NCBI RefSeq assembly: GCF_009914755.1
Contig: NC_060948.1
Strand: one strand, 5' to 3'
Source of the DNA: the human T2T-CHM13v2.0 reference genome, Homo sapiens
Length of the DNA stretch: 64,000 bases
Of the stretch, positions 1-14,200 are shown piece by piece. Below the pieces are notes generated by a model that saw only the letters and a program-made list of their open reading frames with translations, was not told the origin of the DNA and searched no databases. A program made the position numbers and the translations under genes. How positions within the stretch are numbered: position 1 is the first letter of the stretch; every line of letters starts with the position of its first letter.

Positions 1-656
1 TCGAGTGGAATGGAATCGAATATAATGGAGTCGAATGAAATGGAATTGAAAGGAATGGGATCGAATACAATGGAATATACTGGAATGTAACGTAATGAAC
101 TCGAATGTAATTGACTGGAATGGAATGTACATGAATGGAATGTAATCGAATGGAAAGTAATCCAATGGAATAGAATCTAATGCAATAAAATCGACTCAAA
201 TAGAATAGAATGGAATGGAATGGAGTGCAGTGCAATGGAATGGAAGGGAATGGAATGCAATGGAATGGAATGTAATGGAATGGAATGGAATGGGATGGAA
301 TGGTATGGAATGGATAGTAATGGACTGGAGTGAAATGGACTGGAAAGGAATGGACTCAAATTGAAAGGGCTCGAAAGGAATGCAGTCAAATGGAATGATC
401 TGGAATGGAATGAACACGAATGTAATGCAATCCAATAGAATGGAATCGAATGGCATGGAATATAAAGAAATGGAATCGAAGAGAATGGAAACAAATGGAA
501 TGGAATTGAATGGAATGGAATTGAATGGAATGAGAATGAATGGAGTGAAATTGTATGCAGTAGAAGAGAATAGAATGGAATGCAAGCGAAAGGAAAGGAA
601 TGGATTGGAATGGAATGGAATTCATTGGAATGGAAGGGAATGTAGTGTAATGGACA
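1..656 (-). repeat. Partial DYZ1 monomer (U0)
   Basis: Ends at the HaeIII site GGCC 657-660 and contains EcoRI GAATTC at 618-623. Confidence 0.9.
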
Positions 657-674
657 GGCCTGGAATAAAGTGGA
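652..674 (-). other. Conserved monomer landmark (HaeIII/StuI site; Y1.1 sexing-primer target)
   Basis: GGACAGGCCTGGAATAAAGTGGA, whose reverse complement TCCACTTTATTCCAGGCCTGTCC is the Y1.1 primer as I recall it. Recurs once per monomer. Confidence 0.85.
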
Positions 675-1031
675 ATGCTACGGTCTCGAATGGAATAAAA
701 ATGTATGGAATGGAATGCAATGAAACGGAATCGAATGTCATAGAATGTAATGGAATGCAAAAAAATGGAATCCAAAATCATTGACTGGAAAGGCTGGGTG
801 TCGAAAGGAATTGACTCCAATGGAATGGAATCGAATGGAATGGAAGTGAATAGAATCGAACTAAATCGAATGGAATGGAATTGATAGGAACGGAATGGAA
901 AGGAATGCAATGATTTGGCATGGAATGGAATCGAATGGCATCGAATGGAATGGAATGGAATGCAATGGAATGGAATGTATTAGAATGTAATGAACTTTAA
1001 TGGAATGTACTCGAATGGATTCGACTGGAAT

Positions 1032-1046
1032 GGAATGTTCTGGAAG
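1032..1046. promoter_or_regulatory. Canonical heat-shock element motif nGAAnnTTCnnGAAn (site 1 of each monomer)
   Basis: gGAAtgTTCtgGAAg, or gGAAtgTTCtcGAAg in other monomers. Motif match only; binding not shown. Confidence 0.55.
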
Positions 1047-1291
1047 TGAATGGACTCCAATGGAATGGATTCGAAAGGAATGGAATCGTACGGAATGGAA
1101 TCTAATGGAATGGAATTAAATGGAAATGAATCAAATTGAATAGCACGGAACTGAATTGAATGGAATCGAATGCAATGGAATCTAATGAAACGGAAAGGAA
1201 AGGAATGGAATGGAATGGAATGGGCTGGAATGGAATGGAATCGAACTGAAGAGACTGGAATGGAATGCACTGGAATGGAAGGGAGTGTAAT

Positions 1292-1306
1292 GGAAGGTTC
1301 TCGAAA
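1292..1306. promoter_or_regulatory. Canonical heat-shock element motif (site 2 of each monomer)
   Basis: gGAAggTTCtcGAAa. Disrupted to TTCtcAAG in U7, U8, U11 and U14. Motif match only. Confidence 0.55.
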
Positions 1307-2312
1307 AAAATGGAATCGAATGGAATGGAATTGAATGGAACGGAATAGAGTCGAATGGAATTGAATGGAATGGAATGGACTAGAGTGAAATGGAATCGAA
1401 CCACAAGGAATGGACAGGAATAGAATGGTCTCGAATTGAATGGAATCGTATGGAATGGCATCAAACGGAATGGAATGGACAGCCACGGAATGGAATGCAC
1501 TCGAATGCAATGGAGTCGAAACTAATGGACTGGAATAGAATGGACTCGACTGGTACGGACTCCAATGGAATGGAATCGAATGGAAGGGAATCGAACGGAA
1601 TGGACTCGAAGGCAAAAGACTGCAATGGAAAGGTGTCGAATGGAATGGAAATTAATGGAATGGAATGGAATCGAATGAAATGGAGTCAAAAGGAATGGAA
1701 TCGAATGGCAAGAAATCGAATGTAATGGAATCGCAAGGAATTGATGTGAACGGAACGGAATGGAATGGAATCCAAAGGAATGGAATAGAATGGAATGGAA
1801 TCGAATGGAAAGGACTCGAATGGAAATCACTCGAATAGAATGCAATTTAATAAAATAGGATCAAATGTAATGGAATGGAATGGAAAGGAATCGAAACGAA
1901 AGGAATGGAGACAGATGGAATGGAATGGAACAGAGAGCAATGGTATAGAATGGAATGGAATCATCTGGAATGGAATTGAATGGAATGGAATAACATGAAA
2001 TGGAATGGAATGGAATGGAATGCCTTTGAATTAAATGGACTGGAATGGAATGGTCTCGAACAGAGTGGAATGGAAAGTGTTGGAATAGAATGGAATGGAC
2101 TCGTTTGGAATGGTGTAGTATGCAATGCAATCGACTGGCAGGGAATCAAAAGGAATGTAATCGAATGGATTGGACTGGAATGCAATGGACTCGAATAGAT
2201 TGGAAACGGAATGCAAAGGAATGGAATGGAATAGTATGGAATGGAATGGAAAGGAATGGAGTGGAATAGACTAGAGTGGAATGGAATGGACTGGAAAGCA
2301 ATGGACTGGAAT

Positions 2313-2327
2313 GGAACTTTCTTGAAT
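2313..2327. promoter_or_regulatory. Canonical heat-shock element motif (site 3 of each monomer)
   Basis: gGAActTTCttGAAt, present in every monomer examined. Motif match only. Confidence 0.55.
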
Positions 2328-4190
2328 GGACTGGAATCAAACGGAATGGAATGCAATGCAATCAAATGGCATGGAATAAAATAGAATGAAAGAGAATCAA
2401 ATGGAATTGAATCGAATGGAATCGAATGGATTGGAAAGGAATAGAATGGAATGGAATGGAATTGACTCAAATGGAATGGACTAGAATGGAATGGATTCGA
2501 ATGGAAGGCAAAGGAATGGAATCTATTGGAATGGACTGTAATGGAATGGAATGGAAGGGATTGGAATGGACTCGAATGGAATGGACTGCAATAGAAAGGA
2601 TTCGAATGGAATGAAAAAGAATTGAATGGAATAGAACAGAATGGAATCAAATCGAATGAAATGGAATGGAATAGAAAGGAATGGAATGAAATGGAATGGA
2701 AAGGATTCGAATGGAATGCAATCGAATGGAATGGAATCGAACGGAATGGAATAAAATGGAAGAAAACTGGCAAGAAATGGAATCGAAATGAATGGAGTGT
2801 TATGGATCGGACTCAAAAGGAATTGAATGTAATAGAATGGAGTGGAGTGGACTCGAATATAATGGACTGGAATGGAATGAAATCACATGGAATGGGAACG
2901 AATGGAATGGAATGGAAAGGAATGGAATCGAATGGAAAGGAATCGAATGGAAGGGAATGAAATTGAATCAACAGGAATGGAAGGGAGTAGAATAGACGGT
3001 AATGGAATGGACTCGAATAGAATGGACACGAATGCTCAAATTGAATGGACTCGAATGGAATGGAAACGAAAGGAATGTCATCGAATGGAATTGAATCGGT
3101 TGGAATGAAATCGCATAGAATGGAGTGGAATCAAATGGAATTGAATCGAAAGGAAAGGAAGCGAATGGACTGAAATGAAATGGAATGGAATTGAATGGAA
3201 TGTAATGCAATGGAATAGAATGGAACGAAATTTCACGGAATGGAATCAAACTGAATGGAATCAAATCAATGGAATATAATCAAATGGAATGGAAAGGAAT
3301 TGAATGGAGTAGATTGGGTTGGATGGGATTGGAATGAAATGGAATGGAAAGGACTCGAATTTCATGAAACGGAATGGAATGAATTGGAACGGAATGGACT
3401 CGAATGGAATGGAATGACATGGAATGGCAAGAAATGGAATGGCATCAAAGGGAATGGAATCGAATGCAATGGAATGCTATGGAATGGAATGGAATGCATT
3501 GGAATGGAATGTCCTCTAATGGAATGGATTCGAGTGGAATGGAATCTAATATAATGGAGTCGAATGAAATGCAATTGAAAGGAATGGGATCGAATACAAT
3601 GGAATATACTGGAATGTAATGTAAAGAACTCGAATGTAATTGAATGGAAAGGAATGTACATGAATGGAATGTAATCGAATGGAAACTAATCCAATGGAAT
3701 AGTATCTAATGTAATAAAATCGACTCAGATAGAGTAGAATGTAATGGAATGGAGTGTAGTGCAATGGAATGGAATGGAATGGAATGCAATGGAATGGAAA
3801 GGAATGGAATGGAATGGAATGGAATGGGATGGAATGGTATGGAATGGATAGTAATGGACTGGAGTGAAATGGACTGGAAAGGAATGGACTCAAATTGAAA
3901 GGTCTCGAAAGGAATGGAGTCAAAAGGAATGGTCTGGAATGGAATGAACACGAATGTAATGCAATCCAATAGAATGGAGTCGAATGGCATGGAATATAAA
4001 GAAATGGAATCGAAGAGAATGGAAACAAATGGAATGGAATTGAATGGAATGGAATTGAATGGAATGGGAAGGAATGGAGTGAAATTGTATGCAGTAGAAG
4101 AGAATAGAATGGAATGCAAGCAAAAGGAAAGGAATGGATTGGAATGGAATGGAATTCATTGGAATGGAAGGGAATGTAGTGTAATGGACA

Positions 4191-7100
4191 GGCCTGGAAT
4201 AAAGTGGAATGCTACGGTCTCGAATGGAATAAAAATGTATGGAATGGAATGCAATGAAACGGAATTGAATGTCATAGAATGTAATGGAATACAAAAAAAT
4301 GGAATCCAAAATCATTGACTGGAAAGGCTGGGTGTCGAAAGGAATTGACTCCAATGGAATGGAATCGAATGGAATGGAAGTGAATAGAATCGAACTAAAT
4401 CGAATGGAATGGAATTGATAGGAACGGAATGGAAAGGAATGCAATGATTTGGCATGGAATGGAATCGAATGGCATCGAATGGAATGGAATGGAATGCAAT
4501 GGAATGGAATGTATTAGAATGTAATGAACTTTAATGGAATGTACTCGAATGGATTCGACTGGAATGGAATGTTCTGGAAGTGAATGGACTCCAATGGAAT
4601 GGATTCAAAAGGAATGGAATCGTACGGAATGGAATCTAATGGAATGGAATTAAATGGAAATGAATCAAATTGAATAGCACGGAATTGAATTGAATGGAAT
4701 CGAATGCAATGGAATCTAATGAAACGGAAAGGAAAGGAATGGAATGGAATGGAATGGGCTGGAATGGAAAGGAATCGAAACGAATGGAATGGAATCGAAC
4801 TGAAGAGACTGGAATGGAATGCACTGGAATGGAAGGGAGTGTAATGGAAGGTTCTCGAAAAAAATGGAATCGAATGGAATGGAATTGAATGGAACGGAAT
4901 AGAGTCGAATGGAATTGAATGGAATGGAATGGACTAGAGTGAAATGGAATCGAACCACAAGGAATGGACAGGAATAGAATGGTCTCGAATTGAATGGAAT
5001 CGTATGGAATGGCATCAAACGGAATGGAATGGACAGCCACGGAATGGAATGCACTCGAATGCAATGGAGTCGAAACTAATGGACTGGAATAGAATGGACT
5101 CGACTGGTACGGACTCCAATGGAATGGAATCGAATGGAAGGGAATCGAACGGAAGGGAATCGAACGGAATGGACTCGAAGGGAAAAGACTGCAATGGAAA
5201 GGTCTCGAATGGAATGGAAATTAATGGAATGGAATGGAATCGAATGAAATGGAGTCAAAAGTAATGGAATCGAATGGCAAGAAATCGAATGTAATGGAAT
5301 CGCAAGGAATTGATGTGAACGGAACGGAATGGAATGGAATCCAAAGGAATGGAATAGAATGGAATGGAATCGAATGGAAAGGACTCGAATGGAAATCACT
5401 CGAATAGAATGCAATTTAATAAAATAGGATCAAATGTAATGGAATGGAATGGAAAGGAATCGAAACGAAAGGAATGGAGACAGATGGAATGGAATGGAAC
5501 AGAGAGCAATGGTATAGAATGGAATGGAATCATCTGGAATGGAATTGAATGGAATGGAATAACATGAAATGGAATGGAATGGAATGGAATGCCTTTGAAT
5601 TAAATGGACTGGAATGGAATGGTCTCGAACAGAGTGGAATGGAAAGTGTTGGAATAGAATGGAATGGACTCGTTTGGAATGGTGTAGTATGCAATGCAAT
5701 CGACTGGCAGGGAATCAAAAGGAATGTAATCGAATGGATTGGACTGGAATGCAATGGACTCGAATAGATTGGAAACGGAATGCAAAGGAATGGAATGGAA
5801 TAGTATGGAATGGAATGGTAAGGAATGGAGTGGAATAGACTAGAGTGGAATGGAATGGACTGGAAAGCAATGGACTGGAATGGAACTTTCTTGAATGGAC
5901 TGGAATCAAACGGAATGGAATGCAATGCAATCAAATGGCATGGAATAAAATGGAATGAAAGAGAATCAAATGGAATTGAATCGAATGGAATCGAATGGAT
6001 TGGAAAGGAATAGAATGGAATGGAATGGAATTGACTCAAATGGAATGGACTAGAATGGAATGGATTCGAATGGAAGTCAAAGGAATGGAATCTATTGGAA
6101 TGGACTGTAATGGAATGGAATGGAAGGGATTGGAATGGACTCGAATGGAATGGACTGCAATAGAAAGGATTCGAATGGAATGAAAAAGAATTGAATGGAA
6201 TAGAACAGAATGGAATCAAATCGAATGAAATGGAATGGAATAGAAAGGAATGGAATGAAATGGAATGGAAAGGATTCGAATGGAATGCAATCGAATGGAA
6301 TGGAATCGAACGGAATGGAATAAAATGGAAGAAAACTGGCAAGAAATGGAATCGAAATGAATGGAGTGTTATGGATCGGACTCAAAAGGAATTGAATGTA
6401 ATAGAATGGAGTGGAGTGGACTCGAATATAATGGACTGGAATGGAATGAAATCACATGGAATGGGAACGAATGGAATGGAATGGAAAGGAATGGAATCGA
6501 ATGGAAAGGAATCGAATGGAAGGGAATGAAATTGAATCAACAGGAATGGAAGGGAGTAGAATAGACGGTAATGGAATGGACTCGAATAGAATGGACACGA
6601 ATGCTCAAATTGAATGGACTCGAATGGAATGGAAACGAAAGGAATGTCATCGAATGGAATTGAATCGGTTGGAATGAAATCGCATAGAATGGAGTGGAAT
6701 CAAATGGAATTGAATCGAAAGGAAAGGAAGCGAATGGACTGAAATGAAATGGAATGGAATTGAATGGAAAGTAATGCAATGGAATAGAATGGAACGAAAT
6801 TTCACGGAATGGAATCAAACTGAATGGAATCAAATCAATGGAATATAATCAAATGGAATGGAAAGGAATTGAATGGAGTAGATTGGGTTGGATGGGATTG
6901 GAATTAAATGGAATGGAAAGGACTCGAATTTCATGAAACGGAATGGAATGAATTGGAACGGAATGGACTCGAATGGAATGGAATGACATGGAATGGCAAG
7001 AAATGGAATGGCATCAAAGGGAATGGAATCGAATGCAATGGAATGCTATGGAATGGAATGGAATGCATTGGAATGGAATGTCCTCTAATGGAATGGATTC

Positions 7101-7759
7101 GAGTGGAATGGAATCTAATATAATGGAGTCGAATGAAATGGAATTGAAAGGAATGGGATCGAATACAATGGAATATACTGGAATGTAATGTAAAGAACTC
7201 GAATGTAATTGAATGGAAAGGAATGTACATGAATGGAATGTAATCGAATGGAAAGTAATCCAATGGAATAGTATCTAATGTAATAAAATCGACTCAGATA
7301 GAGTAGAATGTAATGGAATGGAGTGTAGTGCAATGGAATGGAATGGAATGGAATGCAATGGAATGGAAAGGAATGGAATGGAATGGAATGGAATGGGATG
7401 GAATGGTATGGAATGGATAGTAATGGACTGGAGTGAAATGGACTGGAAAGGAATGGAATCAAATTGAAAGGTCTCGAAAGGAATGGAGTCAAAAGGAATG
7501 GTCTGGAATGGAATGAACACGAATGTAATGCAATCCAATAGAATGGAGTCGAATGGCATGGAATATAAAGAAATGGAATCGAAGAGAATGGAAACAAATG
7601 GAATGGAATTGAATGGAATGGAATTGAATGGAATGGGAAGGAATGGAGTGAAATTGTATGCAGTAGAAGAGAATAGAATGGAATGCAAGCAAAAGGAAAG
7701 GAATGGATTGGAATGGAATGGAATTCATTGGAATGGAAGGGAATGTAGTGTAATGGACA
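4191..7759 (-). repeat. DYZ1 monomer U2 (3569 bp)
   Basis: HaeIII 4191 to 7760. Carries a 15-bp duplication (ggaatcgaacggaag x2) near 5141-5170. Confidence 0.92.
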
Positions 7760-10700
7760 GGCCTGGAATAAAGTGGAATGCTACGGTCTCGAATGGAATA
7801 AAAATGTATGGAATGGAATGCAATGAAACGGAATCGAATGTCATAGAATGTAATGGAATACAAAAAAATGGAATCCAAAATCATTGACTGGAAAGGCTGG
7901 GTGTCGAAAGGAATTGACTCCAATGGAATGGAATCGAATGGAATGGAAGTGAATAGAATCGAACTAAATCGAATGGAATGGAATTGATAGGAACGGAATG
8001 GAAAGGAATGCAATGATTTGGCATGGAATGGAATCGAATGGCATCGAATGGAATGGAATGGAATGCAATGGAATGGAATGTATTAGAATGTAATGAACTT
8101 TAATGGAATGTACTCGAATGGATTCGACTGGAATGGAATGTTCTGGAAGTGAATGGACTCCAATGGAATGGATTCAAAAGGAATGGAATCGTACGGAATG
8201 GAATCTAATGGAATGGAATTAAATGGAAATGAATCAAATTGAATAGCACGGAATTGAATTGAATGGAATCGAATGCAATGGAATCTAATGAAACGGAAAG
8301 GAAAGGAATGGAATGGAATGGAATGGGCTGGAATGGAAAGGAATCGAAACGAATGGAATGGAATCGAACTGAAGAGACTGGAATGGAATGCACTGGAATG
8401 GAAGGGAGTGTAATGGAAGGTTCTCGAAAAAAATGGAATCGAATGGAATGGAATTGAATGGAACGGAATAGAGTCGAATGGAATTGAATGGAATGGAATG
8501 GACTAGAGTGAAATGGAATCGAACCACAAGGAATGGACAGGAATAAAATGGTCTCGAATTGAATGGAATCGTATGGAATGGCATCAAACGGAATGGAATG
8601 GACAGCCACGGAATGGAATGCACTCGAATGCAATGGAGTCGAAACTAATGGACTGGAATAGAATGGACTCGACTCGTACGGACTCCAATGGAATGGAATC
8701 GAATGGAAGGGAATCGAACGGAAGGGAATCGAACGGAATGGACTCGAAGGGAAAAGACTGCAATGGAAAGGTCTCGAATGGAATGGAAATTAATGGAATG
8801 GAATGGAATCGAATGAAATGGAGTCAAAAGGAATGGAATCGAATGGCAAGAAATCGAATGTAATGGAATCGCAAGGAATTGATGTGAACGGAACGGAATG
8901 GAATGGAATCCAAAGGAATGGAATAGAATGGAATGGAATCGAATGGAAAGGACTCGAATGGAAATCACTCGAATAGAATGCAATTTAATAAAATAGGATC
9001 AAATGTAATGGAATGGAATGGAAAGGAATCGAAACGAAAGGAATGGAGACAGATGGAATGGAATGGAACAGAGAGCAATGGTATAGAATGGAATGGAATC
9101 ATCTGGAATGGAATTGAATGGAATGGAATAATATGAAATGGAATGGAATGGAATGGAATGTCCTTGAATTAAATGGACTGGAATGGAATGGACTCGAACA
9201 GAGTGGAATGGAAAGTGTTGAAATAGAATGGAATGGACTCGTTTGGAATGGTGTAGTATGCAATGCAATCGACTGGCAGGGAATCAAAAGGAATGTAATC
9301 GAATGGATTGGACTGGAATGCAATGGACTCGAATAGATTGGAAGCGGAATGCAAAGGAATGGAATGGAATAGTATGGAATGGAATGGAAAGGAATGGAGT
9401 GGAATAGACTAGAGTGGAATGGAATGGACTCGAAAGCAATGGACTGGAATGGAACTTTCTTGAATGGACTGGAATCAAACGGAATGGAATGCAATGCAAT
9501 CAAATGGCATGGAATAAAATAGAATGAAAGAGAATCAAACGGAATTGAATCGAATGGAATCGAATGGATTGGAAAGGAATAGAATGGAATGGAATGGAAT
9601 TGACTCAAATGGAATGGACTAGAATGGAATGGATTCGAATGGAAGGCAAAGGAATGGAATCTATTGGAATGGACTGTAATGGAATGGAATGGAAGGGATT
9701 GGAATGGACTCGAATGGAATGGACTGCAATAGAAAGGATTCGAATGGAATGAAAAAGAATTGAATGGAATAGAACAGAATGGAATCAAACCTCATGAAAT
9801 AGAATGGAATAGAAAGGAATGGAATGAAATCGAATGGAAAGGATTCGAATGGAATGCAATCGAATGGAATGCAATCGAATGGAATGGAATCGAACGGAAT
9901 GGAATAAAATGGAAGAAAACTGGCAAGAAATGGAATCGAAATGAATGGAGTGTTAAGGAACGGACTCAAAAGGAATTGAATGTAATAGAATGGAGTGGAG
10001 TGGACTCGAATATAATGGACTGGAATGGAATGAAATCACATGGAATGGGAACGAATGGAATGGAATGGAAAGGAATGGAATCGAATGGAAAGGAATCGAA
10101 TGGAAGGGAATGAAATTGAATCAACAGGAATGGAAGGGAATAGAATAGACGGTAATGGAATGGACTCGAATAGAATGGACACGAATGCTCAAATTGAATG
10201 GACTCGAATGGAATGGAAATGAAAGGAATGTCATCGAATGCAATTCAATCGATTGGAATGAAATCGCATAGGATGGAGTGGAATCAAATGGAATTGAATC
10301 GAAAGGAAAAGAAGCGAATTGACTGAAATGAAATGGAATGGAATTGAATGGAAAGTAATGCAACGGAATAGAATGGAATGAAATTTCACGGAATGGAATC
10401 AAACTGAATGGAATCAAATCAATGGAATATAATCAAATGGAATGGAAAGGAATTGAATGGAGTAGATTGTATTGGATGGGATTGGAATGAAATGTACTGG
10501 AAAGGACTCGAATTTCATGAAACGGAATGGAATGTATTAGAACGGAATGGACTCGAATGGAATTGAATGTCACGGAATGGCATCAAATGGAATGGCATCA
10601 ATTGGAATGGAATCGAATGCAATGGAATGCTATGGAATGGAATGGAATGCATTGGAATGGAATGTCCTCTAATGGAATGGATTCGAGTGGAATGGAATCG

Positions 10701-11298
10701 AATATAATGGAGTCTAATGAAATGTAATTGAAAGGAATGGGATCCAATACAATGGAATATACTGGAATGTAATGTAATGAACTCGAATGTAATTGACTGG
10801 AATGGAATGTACATGAGTGGAATGTAATCGAATGGAAAGTAATCCAATGGAATAGAATCTAATGCAATAAAATCGACTCAAATAGAGTAGAATGTAATGG
10901 AATGGAGTGCAGTGCAATGGAATGGAATGGAATGGGATGGAATGGTATGGAATGGATAGTAATGGACTGGAGTGAAATGGACTGGAAAATAATGGACTCA
11001 AATTGAAAGGGCTCGAAAGGAATGGAGTCAAATGGAATGGTCTGGAATGGAATGAACACGAATGTAATGCAATCCAATAGAATGGAATCGAATGGCATGG
11101 AATATAAAGAAATGGAATCGAAGAGAATGGAAACAAATGGAATGGAATTGAATGGAATGGAATTGAATGGAATGGGAACGAATGGAGTGAAATTGTATGC
11201 AGTAGAAGAGAATAGAATGGAATGCAAGCGAAAGGAAAGGAATGGATTGGAATGGAATGGAATTCATTGGAATGGAAGGGAATGTAGTGTAATGGACA
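7760..11298 (-). repeat. DYZ1 monomer U3 (3539 bp)
   Basis: HaeIII 7760 to 11299. Variants cctcatgaaatag (~9790) and BamHI at 10740. Confidence 0.92.
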
Positions 11299-14200
11299 GG
11301 CCTGTAATAAAGTGGAATGCTACGGTCTCGAATGGAATAAAAATGTATGGAATGGAATGCAATGAAACGGAATCGAATGTCATAGAAGTAATGGAATGCA
11401 AAAAAATGGACTCCAAAATCATTGACTGGAAAGGCTGGGTGTCGAAAGGAATTTACTCCAATGGAATGGAATCGAATGGAATGGAAGTGAATAGAATCGA
11501 ACTAAATCGAATGGAATGGAATTGATAGGAACGGAATGGAAAGGAATGCAATGATTTCGCATGGAATGGAATCGAATGGCATCGAATGGAATGGAATGGA
11601 ATGCAATGGAATGGAATGTATTAAAATGTAATGAACTTTAATGGAATGTACTCGAATGGATTCGACTGGAATGGAATGTTCTCGAAGTGAATGGACTCCA
11701 ATGGAATGGATTCGAAAGGAATGGAATCTAATGGAATGGAATTAAATGGAAATGAATCAAATTTAATAGAACGGAATTGAATTGAATGGAATCGAATGCA
11801 ATGGAATCTAATGAAACGGAAAGGAAAGGAATGGAATGGAATGGAATGGAATGGGCTGGAATGGAATGGAATCGAAACGAATGGAATGGAATCGAACTGA
11901 AGAGACTGGAATGGAATACACTGGAATGGAAGGGAATGTAATGGAAGGTTCTCGAAAAAAATGTAATTGAAAGGAATGGAATTGAGTGGAACGGAATAGA
12001 GTCGAATGGAATTCAATGGAATGGAATGGACTAGAGTGAAATGGAATCGAACCACAAGGAATGGACAGGAATAGAATGGTCTCGAATTGAATGGAATCGT
12101 ATGGAATGGCATCAAACGGAATGGAATGGACAGCCACGGAATGGAATGCACTCGAATGCAATGGAGTCGAAACTAATGGACTGGAATAGAATGGACTCGA
12201 CTGGTACGGACTCCAATGGAATGGAATCGAATGGAAGGGAATCGAACGGAATGGACTCGAAGGGAAAAGACTGCAATGGAAAGGTCTCGAATGGAACGGA
12301 AATTAATGGAATGGAATGGAATCGAATGAAATGGAGTCAAAAGGAATGGAATCGAATGGCAAGAAATCGAATGTAATGGAATCGCAAGGAATTGATGTGA
12401 ACGGAACGGAATGGAATGGAATCCAAAGGAATGGAATAGAATGGAATGGAATCGAATGGAAAGGACTCGAATGGAAATCACTCGAATAGAATGCAATTTA
12501 ATAAAATAGGATCAAATGTAATGGAATGGAATGGAAAGGAATCGAAACGAAAGGAATGGAGACAGATGGAATGGAATGGAACAGAGAGCAATGGTATAGA
12601 ATGGAATGGAATCATCTGGAATGGAATTGAATGGAATGGAATAACATGAAATGGAATGGAATGGAATGGAATGCCTTTGAATTAAATGGACTGGAATGGA
12701 ATGGTCTCGAACAGAGTGGAATGGAAAGTGTTGGAATAGAATGGAATGGACTCGTTTGGAATGGTGTAGTATGCAATGCAATCGACTGGCAGGGAATCAA
12801 AAGGAATGTAATCGAATGGATTGGACTGGAATGCAATGGACTCGAATAGATTGGAAACGGAATGCAAAGGAATGGAATGGAATAGTATGGAATGGAATGG
12901 AAAGGAATGGAGTGGAATAGACTAGAGTGGAATGGAATGGACTGGAAAGCAATGGACTGGAATGGAACTTTCTTGAATGGACTGGAATCAAACGGAATGG
13001 AATGCAATGCAATCAAATGGCATGGAATAAAATAGAATGAAAGAGAATCAAATGGAATTGAATCGAATGGAATCGAATGGATTGGAAAGGAATAGAATGG
13101 AATGGAATGGAATTGACTCAAATGGAATGGACTAGAATGGAATGGATTCGAATGGAAGGCAAAGGAATGGAATCTATTGGAATGGACTGTAATGGAATGG
13201 AATGGAAGGGATTGGAATGGACTCGAATGGAATGGACTGCAATAGAAAGGATTCGAATGGAATGAAAAAGAATTGAATGGAATAGAACAGAATGGAATCA
13301 AATCGAATGAAATGGAATGGAATAGAAAGGAATGGAATGAAATGGAATGGAAAGGATTCGAATGGAATGCAATCGAATGGAATGGAATCGAACGGAATGG
13401 AATAAAATGGAAGAAAACTGGCAAGAAATGGAATCGAAATGAATGGAGTGTTATGGATCGGACTCAAAAGGAATTGAATGTAATAGAATGGAGTGGAGTG
13501 GACTCGAATATAATGGACTGGAATGGAATGAAATCACATGGAATGGGAACGAATGGAATGGAATGGAAAGGAATGGAATCGAATGGAAAGGAATCGAATG
13601 GAAGGGAATGAAATTGAATCAACAGGAATGGAAGGGAGTAGAATAGACGGTAATGGAATGGACTCGAATACAATGGACACGAATGCTCAAATTGAATGGA
13701 CTCGAATGGAATGGAAACGAAAGGAATGTCATTCAATGGAATTGAATCGGTTGGAATGAAATCGCATAGAATGGAGTGGAATCAAATGGAATTGAATCGA
13801 AAGGAAAGGAAGCGAATGGACTGAAATGAAATGGAATGGAATTGAATGGAAAGTAATGCAATGGAATAGAATGGAACGAAATTTCACGGAATGGAATCAA
13901 ACTGAATGGAATCAAATCAATGGAATATAATCAAATGGAATGGAAAGGAATTGAATGGAGTAGATTGGGTTGGATGGGATTGGAATGAAATGGAATGGAA
14001 AGGACTCGAATTTCATGAAACGGAATGGAATGAATTGGAACGGAATGGACTCGAATGGAATGGAATGACATGGAATGGCAAGAAATGGAATGGCATCAAA
14101 GGGAATGGAATCGAATGCAATGGAATGCTATGGAATGGAATGGAATGCATTGGAATGGAATGTCCTCTAATGGAATGGATTCGAGTGGAATGGAATCTAA

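Larger units (their letters stand above)
657..4190 (-). repeat. DYZ1 monomer U1 (3534 bp)
   Basis: Between ggacaGGCCt landmarks at 657 and 4191. Confidence 0.92.

Noticed and set aside
184-2756. Several AATAAA hexamers per monomer as polyadenylation signals
   Set aside because: They arise readily from GGAAT by G-to-A changes and have no evident downstream GU-rich element. Satellite III transcription is known, but these sites cannot be supported from sequence alone.
3226-3370. Additional TTC-containing motifs (gaaatttcacgga; gaatttcatgaa) as HSEs
   Set aside because: Each has only two correctly spaced inverted nGAAn units, short of the three-unit consensus.
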